A DNA stretch of 32,000 nucleotides from Alphaproteobacteria bacterium (lineage in GTDB: Bacteria > Pseudomonadota > Alphaproteobacteria > Rs-D84): assembly GCA_017475605.1 (NCBI GenBank), contig JAFVFD010000005.1, positions 120,001 to 152,000 on the forward strand, written 5' to 3'. The first letter of the stretch is position 1. Each line of letters opens with the position of its first letter. This document shows positions 17,280 through 26,277 of this stretch, in pieces. The notes beneath the pieces were generated by a model. It did no database searches, was not told where the DNA came from, and was given only the letters and a program-made list of their open reading frames with translations. A program made the position numbers and the translations under genes.

Positions 17280-19361
17280 TTATTTTGTCAGTTTCTTTAT
17301 AACTTCGTCTGCAACATTCTGCGGCACTTCGGCATAGTGCGACAATTCCATATATGGATTTGCACGCCCCTGCGACAAAGAACGCAATGTCTTGACATAT
17401 CCGAACAGGTTTGCCAACGGCACAAACGCAGAAATCAATTGATTTCCGAATTGTGTTTCAATCCCGTTGATTTGGCCACGACGGCTGTTCAAGTCACCGA
17501 TGATGTCCCCGACGTATTCTTCCGGTGTGTTAACCGAAAGTTTCATAATCGGTTCCAACAACTTTGGCGCCGCTTTCTTCATCGCTTCGCGGAAGCACGC
17601 ACGCGCCGCTATTTCAAAGCATAATACATTAGAGTCAACTTCGTGATACTTACCATCTACCAATGTAGCCTTGAAATCCACAGTCGGATAGCCAATCAAG
17701 ACACCTGTCTGTTGCGCTATCTTCAAACCCTTTTCAACACCTGGGATATATTCTTTTGGAATAGCCCCACCAACAATCTTGTTTTCGAATTCATAGCCTG
17801 CACCCGGTTCCAACGGTTCAAATTCAATCTTAACCTGGGCATACTGACCAGAACCACCTGACTGTTTCTTGTGTGTATATTCTTCGGTAACAGGTTTGCG
17901 GAATGTTTCGCGATACGCAATACGTGGTTCGCCAACATTAACGTCAACCTTGAATTCACGAGACAAACGATCAACCAAAATTTCCAAGTGTAATTCACCA
18001 ACACCAGCCAAAATTGTCTGACCTGATTCTTCGTCCACAGATACGCGGAACGACGGGTCTTCTTTGGCCAATGCCTGTAAACCCAACGCCATTTTTTCAA
18101 CGTCGGCCTTGGTCTTTGGTTCAACTGCGATGGAAATAACCGGTTCTGGAATATGGATGTTTTCCAAAATAATCGGGTTTGCTTCATCGCACAGTGTATC
18201 GCCTGTAATTGTTTCTTTCATACCAACCAATGTGATAATATCACCGGCCGATGCTTCCTTGATTTCTTCACGCTGATTAGAATGCATCAACAACATACGA
18301 CCAACGCGTTCACGTTTGTCGCGGTTGGAATTATAAATGTAAGACCCGGAAACCAATTTACCAGAATAAATACGAATGAACATCAAGTTTCCAACGAATG
18401 GATCGTTCGCAACCTTAAATGCCAACGCGCTGAACGGTTCGTTTGGACTTGGGTGACGTTCAATAACGGTTTCCTTATCCAACTTTGTTCCCTTAATAGC
18501 CGGAACATCCAACGGACTTGGCAAATAATCAACAATAGCATCCAACAATGGTTGAACACCTTTGTTCTTAAATGCGGTACCGCACAAAATTGGGTTAAAG
18601 TTCTGGTTAATTGTACCCTTGCGGATTAATTTTTTGATGGTTGCTGTATCTGGAATCTTGCCTTCCATATAGGCTTCCATAATATCATCATCCAGAGTTA
18701 CAACTTCTTCAATCAATTTGTTGTGTAATTCTTCTGCTTTCGCTTTCAAATCTTCTGGAATATCGATTGTAACAGGATGGGAACCCATTTCATCTTCCCA
18801 GATTAAGCCCTTCATTTCAACGACATCGACAACGCCTTTGAAATCAGATTCTGCACCAATTGGGAAATTGATGACCAATGGATTTGCACCCAAACGTTCA
18901 CGAATCATATCAACACAGCGGAAGAAGTTTCCACCGATACGGTCCATCTTGTTAATAAAGCAAATACGTGGAACATTGTAACGATCCGCCTGACGCCAAA
19001 CGGTTTCAGTTTGTGGCTGAACCCCCGACACAGATTCAAAAACAGCGACCGCACCGTCCAAAACACGCAATGAACGTTCCACTTCCATGGTAAAGTCCAC
19101 GTGTCCCGGGGTATCAATCAAATTGATACGGTGATCGCGCCAAAAACATGTCGTTGCCGCAGATGTAATTGTAATACCACGTTCCTGTTCCTGTTCCATC
19201 CAGTCCATTGTCGCGGCACCATCGTGCACTTCGCCAATCTTATATGTTTTACCGGTATAGAACAAAATACGTTCAGAAGTTGTTGTTTTCCCCGCGTCAA
19301 TATGCGCCATAATACCGATATTGCGGTACATATGTAAAGGGGCGGTTTTTCCAACAGACAT
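17280..19361 (-). CDS. fusA: elongation factor G
   Basis: 693 aa; ...[24 protein letters not shown]... Confidence 0.99.
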   Translation of the reverse strand: MSVGKTAPLHMYRNIGIMAHIDAGKTTTSERILFYTGKTYKIGEVHDGAATMDWMEQEQERGITITSAATTCFWRDHRINLIDTPGHVDFTMEVERSLRVLDGAVAVFESVSGVQPQTETVWRQADRYNVPRICFINKMDRIGGNFFRCVDMIRERLGANPLVINFPIGAESDFKGVVDVVEMKGLIWEDEMGSHPVTIDIPEDLKAKAEELHNKLIEEVVTLDDDIMEAYMEGKIPDTATIKKLIRKGTINQNFNPILCGTAFKNKGVQPLLDAIVDYLPSPLDVPAIKGTKLDKETVIERHPSPNEPFSALAFKVANDPFVGNLMFIRIYSGKLVSGSYIYNSNRDKRERVGRMLLMHSNQREEIKEASAGDIITLVGMKETITGDTLCDEANPIILENIHIPEPVISIAVEPKTKADVEKMALGLQALAKEDPSFRVSVDEESGQTILAGVGELHLEILVDRLSREFKVDVNVGEPRIAYRETFRKPVTEEYTHKKQSGGSGQYAQVKIEFEPLEPGAGYEFENKIVGGAIPKEYIPGVEKGLKIAQQTGVLIGYPTVDFKATLVDGKYHEVDSNVLCFEIAARACFREAMKKAAPKLLEPIMKLSVNTPEEYVGDIIGDLNSRRGQINGIETQFGNQLISAFVPLANLFGYVKTLRSLSQGRANPYMELSHYAEVPQNVADEVIKKLTK

Positions 19362-19391
19362 TGTATGTTTCCTTTTTTTCTTTCGTTAAAA

Positions 19392-19865
19392 TTACCAACG
19401 GAAATGTGCAAACGCCTTGTTCGCTTCTGCCATCTTGTGGGTATCAATCTTTTTCTTAAATGCGCCACCATTGCCCGCCAATGCATCACGCAATTCCGCG
19501 AACAATCTTTCTTCCATGCTGCGTTCGCCGCGTTTACGTGCGAACATAACCAACCAACGCAAAGCCAATGTTTGTTGACGTTCCGGGCGGACTTCAACCG
19601 GAACCTGATAAGTTGCACCGCCAACACGACGACCCTTGACTTCTACACTTGGTTTAAGGGCATCGACCGCTTCCAAAAATGCGGCCAATTCATTACCGTC
19701 TTTTGCAACTTTTTTCAGTTTATCTAATGCACCATAAACGATGTTTTCGGCAACTTCTTTTTTGCCGTCCCACATAACTACATTAATACATTTCGCAACA
19801 ACCAGATTGTTATATTTAGAATCTGGCAAGATTTCACGTTTTGCTGCTGCTTTACGTCTTGACAT
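19392..19865 (-). CDS. rpsG: 30S ribosomal protein S7
   Basis: 157 aa; [19 protein letters not shown]... Confidence 0.98.
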   Translation of the reverse strand: MSRRKAAAKREILPDSKYNNLVVAKCINVVMWDGKKEVAENIVYGALDKLKKVAKDGNELAAFLEAVDALKPSVEVKGRRVGGATYQVPVEVRPERQQTLALRWLVMFARKRGERSMEERLFAELRDALAGNGGAFKKKIDTHKMAEANKAFAHFRW

Positions 19866-19941
19866 TTTGTTTTCCTTTTATTTCTTCATTCGTTTCCGAA
19901 TTACTCACGTGGGTGCCCCCGCGTGTATTGTTAATCTTTTA

Positions 19942-20313
19942 TTATTTAGCAACCTTGGCGCCGTACAATGAACGACCCTGTTTTCTGGATTCAACACCCT
20001 TGGTATCCAAGACACCACGAATGATGTGATATTTCACACCTGGCAAGTCCTTTACACGACCGCCACGAATCATAACAACACTGTGTTCCTGTAAATTGTG
20101 CCCTTCGCCCGGAATGTAAGCCGTTACTTCACGACCATTGGCCAATTTAACACGGGCCACCTTACGTTGAGCGGAGTTAGGTTTCTTAGGCGTGGTTGTG
20201 TACACACGTGTGCAAACACCACGTTTTTGCGGATTTTCCATCATATCAGGTGCAGTAGATTTAAACGCAACCTTTTTACGTGGTTTCCGAATCAGTTGAT
20301 TTACTGTTGGCAT
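19942..20313 (-). CDS. rpsL: 30S ribosomal protein S12
   Basis: 123 aa; [14 protein letters not shown]...[15 protein letters not shown]... Confidence 0.98.
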   Translation of the reverse strand: MPTVNQLIRKPRKKVAFKSTAPDMMENPQKRGVCTRVYTTTPKKPNSAQRKVARVKLANGREVTAYIPGEGHNLQEHSVVMIRGGRVKDLPGVKYHIIRGVLDTKGVESRKQGRSLYGAKVAK

Positions 20314-20374
20314 TCAAAATCTCTTTGTTATTTGTCCATTTTTTCGCACACAAAACCGACCATCAGACTTATTT

Positions 20375-20390
20375 CCATGGCATGCCATGG
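20375..20390. repeat. perfect 16-bp palindrome CCATGGCATGCCATGG in the rpsL leader
   Basis: Read directly from the sequence. It lies between the predicted rpsL promoter and the start codon. Confidence 0.6.
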
Positions 20391-20463
20391 GTTATAAATC
20401 TGTCAAAACGCCCGGTTTTCTGTATGTTTTAGTGCTTTCCCTGTTTACGTGGAAAGCGATAGT

Positions 20464-20491
20464 ATTATAACCGCAACCGCCCGATTGTCAA
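20464..20491 (-). promoter_or_regulatory. near-consensus sigma70 promoter of the str operon (TTGACA-N16-TATAAT)
   Basis: The minus strand reads TTGACA at 20491..20486 and TATAAT at 20469..20464. This implies a leader of about 145 nt before the rpsL ATG at 20313. Confidence 0.6.
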
Positions 20492-20553
20492 GGAAAAACG
20501 CAATAATAATTCGGTTTTTCTGCGGTTTTTCAAATGCTTTTTATATTGTAAAC

Positions 20554-20581
20554 AAAAAACCGCCCAATTGGGCGGTTTTTA
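20554..20581 (-). terminator. rho-independent terminator after OMP gene 1 (bidirectional architecture)
   Basis: AAAAAACCGCCC-aatt-GGGCGGTTTTT. Confidence 0.8.
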
Positions 20582-20596
20582 TTATCACATTTGATA

Positions 20597-21370
20597 TTAG
20601 AATTGAATACCAAATTTAGCACCAAATGTCATCGGAGCAACATTGAAGCCCTTTGCGACATTCTTTTCTGCGTAAACGCCCATATAGGAATTCTTGCAGA
20701 AGTTATAGTTGATGCCCAATTTAACATCAACTGGTTTGTGGTGATAGTATTTCAATTCCATCAAATCGCCTGGGATGTATTCATCATGCAACAATTTGAA
20801 TCCATATGTCGCGCCGCCAACGATGTTGAAATGACGACCCAACCATACCTGGCTTTCCAAACCAGCGTTCAAGCCCCATGCGTGATGACCCAATGCGGAC
20901 AAGTTGTGTGCTTCTGCAACAGCATTCAAAGAGAAGCCATCAACAACAAAGCCATAACGTGTACCAACTGTCCAACCGTATGTTGCGACCTTCATATCGT
21001 CGCGTGCATTATAATATTGTGCAACGTTACCATAGATATCACCCTTCCATGCGTTACCATAGTCGAACCAACGATAGTTCAAGCCCAGGTTAACATAGTC
21101 CCAGTTCCATTTTGTATCGAACATTGGTTCATCAGAAGAATCATAGGAACCAGATGTTGCCAATGTAACTGTCCACCAATCATAGAAACCGAAACCGAAT
21201 TCTGTTCCCAATGCATAGTGGTCGAATTCTGTATCCATAGCAAAGGTTGTTTCATTATAGAAATCACCCTTGTCCGGACGATACATTGGATTACCAATTT
21301 TGAAATTTGCAGCACTTGCGCTTGAAACAGCGGCAAACGCCAACAAAGATGTTAAGGCTAATTTTTTCAT
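20597..21370 (-). CDS. outer-membrane beta-barrel protein, paralogue 1
   Basis: 257 aa. The signal peptide is MKKLALTSLLAFAAVSSASA/AN, the sequence is rich in aromatic/Gly alternation, and the C-terminus is ...FGAKFGIQF with a terminal Phe. Confidence 0.75.
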   Translation of the reverse strand: MKKLALTSLLAFAAVSSASAANFKIGNPMYRPDKGDFYNETTFAMDTEFDHYALGTEFGFGFYDWWTVTLATSGSYDSSDEPMFDTKWNWDYVNLGLNYRWFDYGNAWKGDIYGNVAQYYNARDDMKVATYGWTVGTRYGFVVDGFSLNAVAEAHNLSALGHHAWGLNAGLESQVWLGRHFNIVGGATYGFKLLHDEYIPGDLMELKYYHHKPVDVKLGINYNFCKNSYMGVYAEKNVAKGFNVAPMTFGAKFGIQF

Positions 21371-21427
21371 AGTAGAGCTCCCTTTTTGGTTTTTTACACC
21401 AGAATCATTTTTATTCTAGCTGGGTTT

Positions 21428-21456
21428 ATTTTACTATTCGTTGGAATTTTTATCAA
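21428..21456 (-). promoter_or_regulatory. putative promoter of OMP gene 1 (TTGATA-N17-TAAAAT)
   Basis: The minus-strand hexamers are at 21456..21451 and 21433..21428. Confidence 0.4.
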
Positions 21457-21461
21457 GGAAA

Positions 21462-21488
21462 AAACACCCGCCCAATCGGGCGGGTTTA
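21462..21488 (-). terminator. rho-independent terminator after OMP gene 2
   Basis: ACCCGCCC-aatc-GGGCGGGT, followed on the minus strand by GTTTTTT. Confidence 0.8.
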
Positions 21489-21506
21489 TTATTCGGACAT
21501 ATACAA

Positions 21507-22283
21507 TTAGAAATCAACACCGAATTTGACACCAAATCCAAATCCATCATCAAATTCCCAATCGCCTGTTGCATGACGCAATGTTGCATCAACATAACCA
21601 CCGACATATGCAGATGGGTTGATGTTATAATTCACACCAAAACGACCATCCCATATTCCTGCGTCGTGCGCTTCGTCATCGGTATAGCCTTTGTATTCAA
21701 CACCTGCAACCAGGTTCCAGTTTTCATCAATCACGTATTGGGCATCCAAACCAACCAACAATGCATGTTGTGGCACCAACAATTCATCACCCCAGTTGAA
21801 TGATTCTGTATTGGTATATTCAAATGCGAAATGACCCGCGATTGTCCAGTCGCCAGCAACATAGCCGCCACGAACACCCGCCGTCCATGTATATGCCGTC
21901 AGGTCTTTATCCAAGAACGATGCATGATCACCCCAAACAGGATTAATTTCATAACCGCCATAGACATCGGCCTTCCATGCGCCTTCGTCCAATACACGAT
22001 AGGTCAATCCCAGCGCAAATGGACCCCATTGACTGTGATCAAAGGTATCTTTTTCTGCTAATGCTGTTCCGGCTTCGATTGCCAATCTGTCGGTGATACC
22101 ATAGCCAAATTCTTCGCCCAATACCCAGGTATCGGAATGTTCAGAATGTGATGCCACCGTTGTTTCACTGTAAAAATGACCTGCTTTCGGCATATATAAT
22201 GGATTACCATCAATAATGTTTGCCGCGTGTGCGCCTGAAAAAGCGAACATTGCCAATAAAGATGTTAAAGCTAATTTTTTCAT
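21507..22283 (-). CDS. outer-membrane beta-barrel protein, paralogue 2
   Basis: 258 aa. The signal peptide is MKKLALTSLLAMFAFSGAHA/AN and the C-terminus is ...FGVKFGVDF. It shares an N-terminal signature with paralogue 1 (GNPLYMPKAGHFYSETT versus GNPMYRPDKGDFYNETT). Confidence 0.75.
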   Translation of the reverse strand: MKKLALTSLLAMFAFSGAHAANIIDGNPLYMPKAGHFYSETTVASHSEHSDTWVLGEEFGYGITDRLAIEAGTALAEKDTFDHSQWGPFALGLTYRVLDEGAWKADVYGGYEINPVWGDHASFLDKDLTAYTWTAGVRGGYVAGDWTIAGHFAFEYTNTESFNWGDELLVPQHALLVGLDAQYVIDENWNLVAGVEYKGYTDDEAHDAGIWDGRFGVNYNINPSAYVGGYVDATLRHATGDWEFDDGFGFGVKFGVDF

Positions 22284-22337
22284 AACCTTTCCTTTCGTTT
22301 TGGTTGTGACCAGAACTTATTCCTGATCTTAATAATA

Positions 22338-22366
22338 ATTTTACCTGTGATTTTATTCCCCTGCAA
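22338..22366 (-). promoter_or_regulatory. putative promoter of OMP gene 2 (TTGCAG-N17-TAAAAT)
   Basis: The minus-strand hexamers are at 22366..22361 and 22343..22338. Confidence 0.4.
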
Positions 22367-22378
22367 GATTAAAGATTT

Positions 22379-22407
22379 TTGATTTTCCGTTTTAAAAATG
22401 ATATAAT
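22379..22407 (+). promoter_or_regulatory. plus-strand promoter TTGATT-N17-TATAAT with an extended TG
   Basis: TTGATT is at 22379..22384 and TGaTATAAT at 22399..22407. It is divergent from, and 12 nt away from, the OMP-2 -35 element. Confidence 0.4.
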
Positions 22408-22413
22408 ACGCGC

Positions 22414-22480
22414 TATGCGCGCCCAACATAAACCGAATCGGGCGCAAACCACCGCGGAACCGCGGCATTTTTTATTTTTT
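22414..22480 (+). ncRNA. candidate small RNA (about 65 nt) between a promoter and a terminator
   Basis: There is a GC hairpin, GCGCCC(22419..22424)-N15-GGGCGC(22440..22445). It is followed by CCGCG-gaac-CGCGG (22452..22465) and then caTTTTTTATTTTTT. No plus-strand CDS lies downstream. Confidence 0.25.
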
Positions 22481-22534
22481 ATCTGAAACATTGAATAAAA
22501 AAATTATTATGATTTTTAATAAACTGACGACTTT

Positions 22535-23569
22535 TTAATTTTTATTTCGCAAATTTTTTATTTCGCGCCAGTCAGCATGATGTCGTTGGTGTTCTTCGTA
22601 CGATTTGGAAAATATATGCCCACCGCGTCCATCTGCCACGAAATAAAGGTAGTTTGTATCCGCCGGTCGCAGCACTGCACGAATCGCCGCCGCACCCACA
22701 TTGGCAATTGGTGCCGGTGGCAACCCATTGTGTGTATATGTATTATATGGACTGTCTATTTTAAGGTGCCCACGCAACAACGGTTGCCCGCGCATATCGC
22801 CATAGCCGTTTGTTAACGCATACACAATTGTTGGATCGGCCTGTAACCTCATATTTTTCCGCAGACGGTTTATATACACACTTGCCACCATTGGCATCTC
22901 TGATTCATTCGGGGTTTCCCGCTGGACAATAGAAGCCAGAATTATAACATCGGACCATGTCTTTAATGGTCGCGGTATAATATACCCTGCCCGCATCAAT
23001 GATGCAGATGTAGATTCCATTTTTTTGCGCGCCAAATCCAGTACCGCCAGACGCGCCGTTCCCTTGGCCACGCGGTATGTATCGGGGAACACGTCCCCAT
23101 CACGTACAGAACATACCGGCGCAACACTGCCAGGCGCACATTCAACATCACCCGACAAACGTGGCGCATTTGCCAACAATACTTTTATCTGTTTAATAGT
23201 TAGACCTTCGGGAATAACGATATCTGTGGTTGCAACCCGCCCATGTGCCAGCATTCGCGAAACGCGCCAAATACTTGCCCCGCGTGGAATATCATAGTCG
23301 CCACGCTGGACCCGACCGCCCATTCGCTTGATTGCGAACTTAAACAGCGATTCGGAATAAACAATATGATTTTTATGTAATGCCGCCGCAACCCCCGATA
23401 CAGTATCACCATTATTTACAACAAATGTAGCATCGTTTCGCACCGGCGACCAAATACCAAACATATAAATAAATATCGCACAAATTGCCCCGATAAGTGC
23501 AATGCAATTCATGTGCGTACGTTTGATTTTTAAAATGCGAATATACCGCCGACGTGTCATAACCGACAT
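22535..23569 (-). CDS. mltG: endolytic murein transglycosylase MltG (YceG family)
   Basis: 344 aa. It has an N-terminal TM helix and the conserved C-terminus ...SPYNTYTHNGLPPAPIANVGAAAIRAVLRPADTNYLYFVADGRGGHIFSKSYEEH. Confidence 0.88.
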   Translation of the reverse strand: MSVMTRRRYIRILKIKRTHMNCIALIGAICAIFIYMFGIWSPVRNDATFVVNNGDTVSGVAAALHKNHIVYSESLFKFAIKRMGGRVQRGDYDIPRGASIWRVSRMLAHGRVATTDIVIPEGLTIKQIKVLLANAPRLSGDVECAPGSVAPVCSVRDGDVFPDTYRVAKGTARLAVLDLARKKMESTSASLMRAGYIIPRPLKTWSDVIILASIVQRETPNESEMPMVASVYINRLRKNMRLQADPTIVYALTNGYGDMRGQPLLRGHLKIDSPYNTYTHNGLPPAPIANVGAAAIRAVLRPADTNYLYFVADGRGGHIFSKSYEEHQRHHADWREIKNLRNKN

Positions 23570-23603
23570 TATTACAAATAAAAAAACAATTGCAAATACG
23601 ATA

Positions 23604-24050
23604 TCAGTATTTTTTTCGTGTCTTTAATTTATGCCACCTTTCCATAATATCTGGGGCATCTGTGTTTTCAATGTGGCGCATGCGAACACGACATTTACTG
23701 TCAAACATTCGTTTGTCGCGAAAACCAATTTTATCTGCATCGCTTCGGTCGGCGGCATAATATACATGCGAAATATTTGCCCATGTTATTGCGGCGGCAC
23801 ACATTGGACATGGCTCGCACGAAGAATATAAATCACAGCCCGACAAATCAGATGTTCCCAACTTTTTACACGCCGCACGAATCGCGTTAACTTCGGCATG
23901 CGCGGTTGGGTCATGTTTTGGCACCACCGTATTATGCGCACGCGCAATCACAACCCCATCGCGCACAACCACCGCACCAAATGGTGAAGACCCCACCCGC
24001 ACAGATTTTTCACTTTCACGAATTGCCAAGTCTAAAAATTTTTTATTCAT
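23604..24050 (-). CDS. CDA-fold nucleoside/guanine deaminase (GuaD/TadA superfamily)
   Basis: 148 aa. The zinc motifs are HAEVNAIR and CEPCPMCAAAI. The overall pattern (SPFGAVVVRDG...DPTAHAEV...LYSSCEPCPMC...YYAA) resembles B. subtilis GuaD. Confidence 0.8.
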   Translation of the reverse strand: MNKKFLDLAIRESEKSVRVGSSPFGAVVVRDGVVIARAHNTVVPKHDPTAHAEVNAIRAACKKLGTSDLSGCDLYSSCEPCPMCAAAITWANISHVYYAADRSDADKIGFRDKRMFDSKCRVRMRHIENTDAPDIMERWHKLKTRKKY

Positions 24051-24116
24051 CCCCTACCCCACTTTTAATACCAATTAATAATATCAGAAAATATTCCCAC
24101 GGCATAATTAAAATAT

Positions 24117-24142
24117 AAAAACCGGCATAAACGCCGGTTTTG
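24117..24142 (-). terminator. terminator after tRNA-Pro
   Basis: ACCGGC-ataaac-GCCGGT (24121..24138), flanked by A/T runs. Confidence 0.6.
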
Positions 24143-24147
24143 ATTTG

Positions 24148-24224
<77 letters not shown>

Positions 24225-24352
24225 TAAACTTAAAACACCGGCGATTATGCAACCTTTTGGGTAAAAAAGCAACTTTTTTATTTAATATTTATACTTGTAA
24301 ATCGCCATTTATGTGCCATATTTATAAGGTAACGCAAATAAAAGGCCAATAT

Positions 24353-26023
24353 ATGTTCGCATTACAGTTTTTAAAAAAACAAAAATTTGACAGTTACGAA
24401 GATTATCTGGAAAACGCAACCCCTGTTGTGCCGGAACATTTTAATTTTGCCTATGATGTGATTGATGTATTGGCGACGCAATCACCGGATACCGTTGCGG
24501 TGTTGTGGGTAAATGATTCAGGCGAACGAAAAAAATTAACATTTCGTGATTTATCGTTAATGTCGGGATCTGTGGCAAATTTCCTGCGGGTACGCGGAAT
24601 CAATCGTGGCGACACAGTATTGCTGTTTATGCGTCGCCGTTGGGAATATTGGGTATTGATGATGGCCATGCACAAACTGGGGGCTATTCCAATTCCATCA
24701 ACAAATCAATTAAAGGCCGAAGATATCAGTTTCCGTATCAATGCCGCGGAATGTAAAAATATTATTTCATTTGATGACGGCCATATTGTCGGCGAAATAA
24801 AATCTGCAATTGGCGACCGCGATGATATCCAATTAATTGACTGTATGGAAATTGATGATGCGATTGAAAAGTACCCATCACAATTTGAACGCGTACCAAA
24901 TGAAAATACCGATACAATGGTTGTATATTTTACATCTGGGACAACCGATATGCCGAAAATGGTTGCGCACAATTACGCATATCCATTGGGCCACATAAAT
25001 ACAGCAATATTTTGGCAACGTCTGCACGACGGCGATATTCACTTTACAATATCGGAATCGGGCTGGGCAAAATGTTCATGGGGCAAAATGTATGGTCAAT
25101 GGTTGGCGGGTGCAACGGTATTTGTCTATGATGTAAGCGGTGTAATGACAGCGCATGATTTATTATCCGTAATATCTGAAAATCATATTACATCATTCTG
25201 TGCGCCACCGACGGCATACAAAATGTTATTACACGCAGACTTTTCGAAATATGATTTGTCCGCCTTGGTCAAGGCCGATGTTGCCGGCGAAGCATTGAAT
25301 CCAGAGGTCTATGAACGCTTTATGGAATATACCGGTGTAAAAATGCGCGAAGGTTTTGGCCAAACAGAAACCTGTATCATGCTTTTTAACAACCCATGGA
25401 TTGAACCAAAACCTGGGTCAATGGGTATGCCGGCGGCGGGTTGGGACGTTCAATTATTGGATGAACGTGGTCGTGCGGTCGCAGACGGTACGGTCGGCGA
25501 AATCTGTCTGAACCTTAAAAACGGGAAACCGGTCGGGTTATTTAGCGGATATTATAAAAACGAAAAATTAACCAACAGCGTATATCGCGATGGATACTAT
25601 CATACGGGCGATGTGGCATATCGCGATGCCGATGGATATTTTTGGTTTGTTGGTCGCAACGACGATTTGATTAAAACAACAGGCTATCGTGTAAGCCCGT
25701 TTGAAGTGGAAAGTGTTTTATTGGAACACCCCGCCGTTGCCGAAGTGGCCGTTACCGGTATCCCAGACCCCGTTCGTAGTATGGCGATTAAGGCAACAGT
25801 TGTCTTAAACAAATACTTTGTGGGTTCAGATGTCCTTGTCCGTCAATTACAAGACCATGTAAAATCACGCACCGCGATTTATAAATGCCCACGCGTAATT
25901 GAATTTGTGGACAGTTTACCAATGACAATATCTGGAAAAATTCGTCGCGCACTTATTCGAACATTGGACAGTGCAAAAAGTGCGATTGGCTTATCCGACG
26001 ACAAAGAAAACAAAAAAATATAA
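24353..26023 (+). CDS. AMP-forming acyl-CoA synthetase (medium-chain/ACSM-like)
   Basis: Motifs seen are YFTSGTTDMPKMV, GYRVSPFEVES and ISGKIRR. The track start at 24140 overlaps the tRNA. The ATG at 24353 (MFALQFLKK) follows AAAGG. Confidence 0.88.
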   Translation: MFALQFLKKQKFDSYEDYLENATPVVPEHFNFAYDVIDVLATQSPDTVAVLWVNDSGERKKLTFRDLSLMSGSVANFLRVRGINRGDTVLLFMRRRWEYWVLMMAMHKLGAIPIPSTNQLKAEDISFRINAAECKNIISFDDGHIVGEIKSAIGDRDDIQLIDCMEIDDAIEKYPSQFERVPNENTDTMVVYFTSGTTDMPKMVAHNYAYPLGHINTAIFWQRLHDGDIHFTISESGWAKCSWGKMYGQWLAGATVFVYDVSGVMTAHDLLSVISENHITSFCAPPTAYKMLLHADFSKYDLSALVKADVAGEALNPEVYERFMEYTGVKMREGFGQTETCIMLFNNPWIEPKPGSMGMPAAGWDVQLLDERGRAVADGTVGEICLNLKNGKPVGLFSGYYKNEKLTNSVYRDGYYHTGDVAYRDADGYFWFVGRNDDLIKTTGYRVSPFEVESVLLEHPAVAEVAVTGIPDPVRSMAIKATVVLNKYFVGSDVLVRQLQDHVKSRTAIYKCPRVIEFVDSLPMTISGKIRRALIRTLDSAKSAIGLSDDKENKKI

Positions 26024-26031
26024 TAAAAAAA

Positions 26032-26061
26032 ACGCGGGTCCAAGACCTGCGTTTTATTTTT
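26032..26061. terminator. bidirectional terminator shared by the acyl-CoA synthetase gene and the convergent small ORF
   Basis: AAAAAAA-ACGCGGGTC-caa-GACCTGCGT-TTTATTTTT. Confidence 0.7.
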
Positions 26062-26188
26062 GGAACGATAATTTGTGTTCAAGGCGCAAACCATCACGCA
26101 AACGTTCATATTCAACGCGCATATCCAGCGCACGCAATTTTTTATTCTTGCGTTGTTCTGCGATTTTCACTTTTGCTTGTTTCACCAT
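26054..26188 (-). CDS. small basic protein, 44 aa, unknown function
   Basis: Hand translation: MVKQAKVKIAEQRKNKKLRALDMRVEYERLRDGLRLEHKLSFQK. The SD GAGGT lies 9 nt upstream. It has its own promoter, and its stop lies inside the terminator stem region. Confidence 0.4.
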   Translation of the reverse strand: MVKQAKVKIAEQRKNKKLRALDMRVEYERLRDGLRLEHKLSFQK

Positions 26189-26225
26189 TTTATATACCTC
26201 ACTTTTTTGTGCGAAAGTGATGCGC

Positions 26226-26255
26226 AATATAACATAAAAAAATAAATCTTGTCAA
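26226..26255 (-). promoter_or_regulatory. promoter of the small ORF (TTGACA-N18-TATATT with TG extension)
   Basis: The minus-strand hexamers are at 26255..26250 and 26231..26226. A 5'-proximal hairpin, TCACTTT-N8-AAAGTGA (26220..26199), overlaps the SD. Confidence 0.45.
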
Positions 26256-26277
26256 AACAAAAAAATTAGAAAATAAA

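Noticed and set aside
17723-18187. Same-strand alternative-frame ORFs inside fusA, rpsG/fusA, rplC, rplD, rplN and secY (for example 17723..18187, 19118..19627, 15149..15430, 14454..14699, 9968..10198, 5115..5306).
   Set aside because: They are nested in conserved genes in another frame and have Arg/Trp/Leu-rich, non-protein-like composition.
22280-22468. 62-aa minus-strand ORF between mltG and OMP-2.
   Set aside because: It spans the terminator hairpins and the OMP-2 promoter and 5' UTR, overlaps the OMP-2 start, has low complexity and has no SD.
25879-26237. Track ORFs 25879..26133 (-) and 25971..26237 (+).
   Set aside because: Both run straight through the bidirectional terminator hairpin and overlap the synthetase 3' end. 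I prefer the 44-codon ORF, which has an SD and a promoter.
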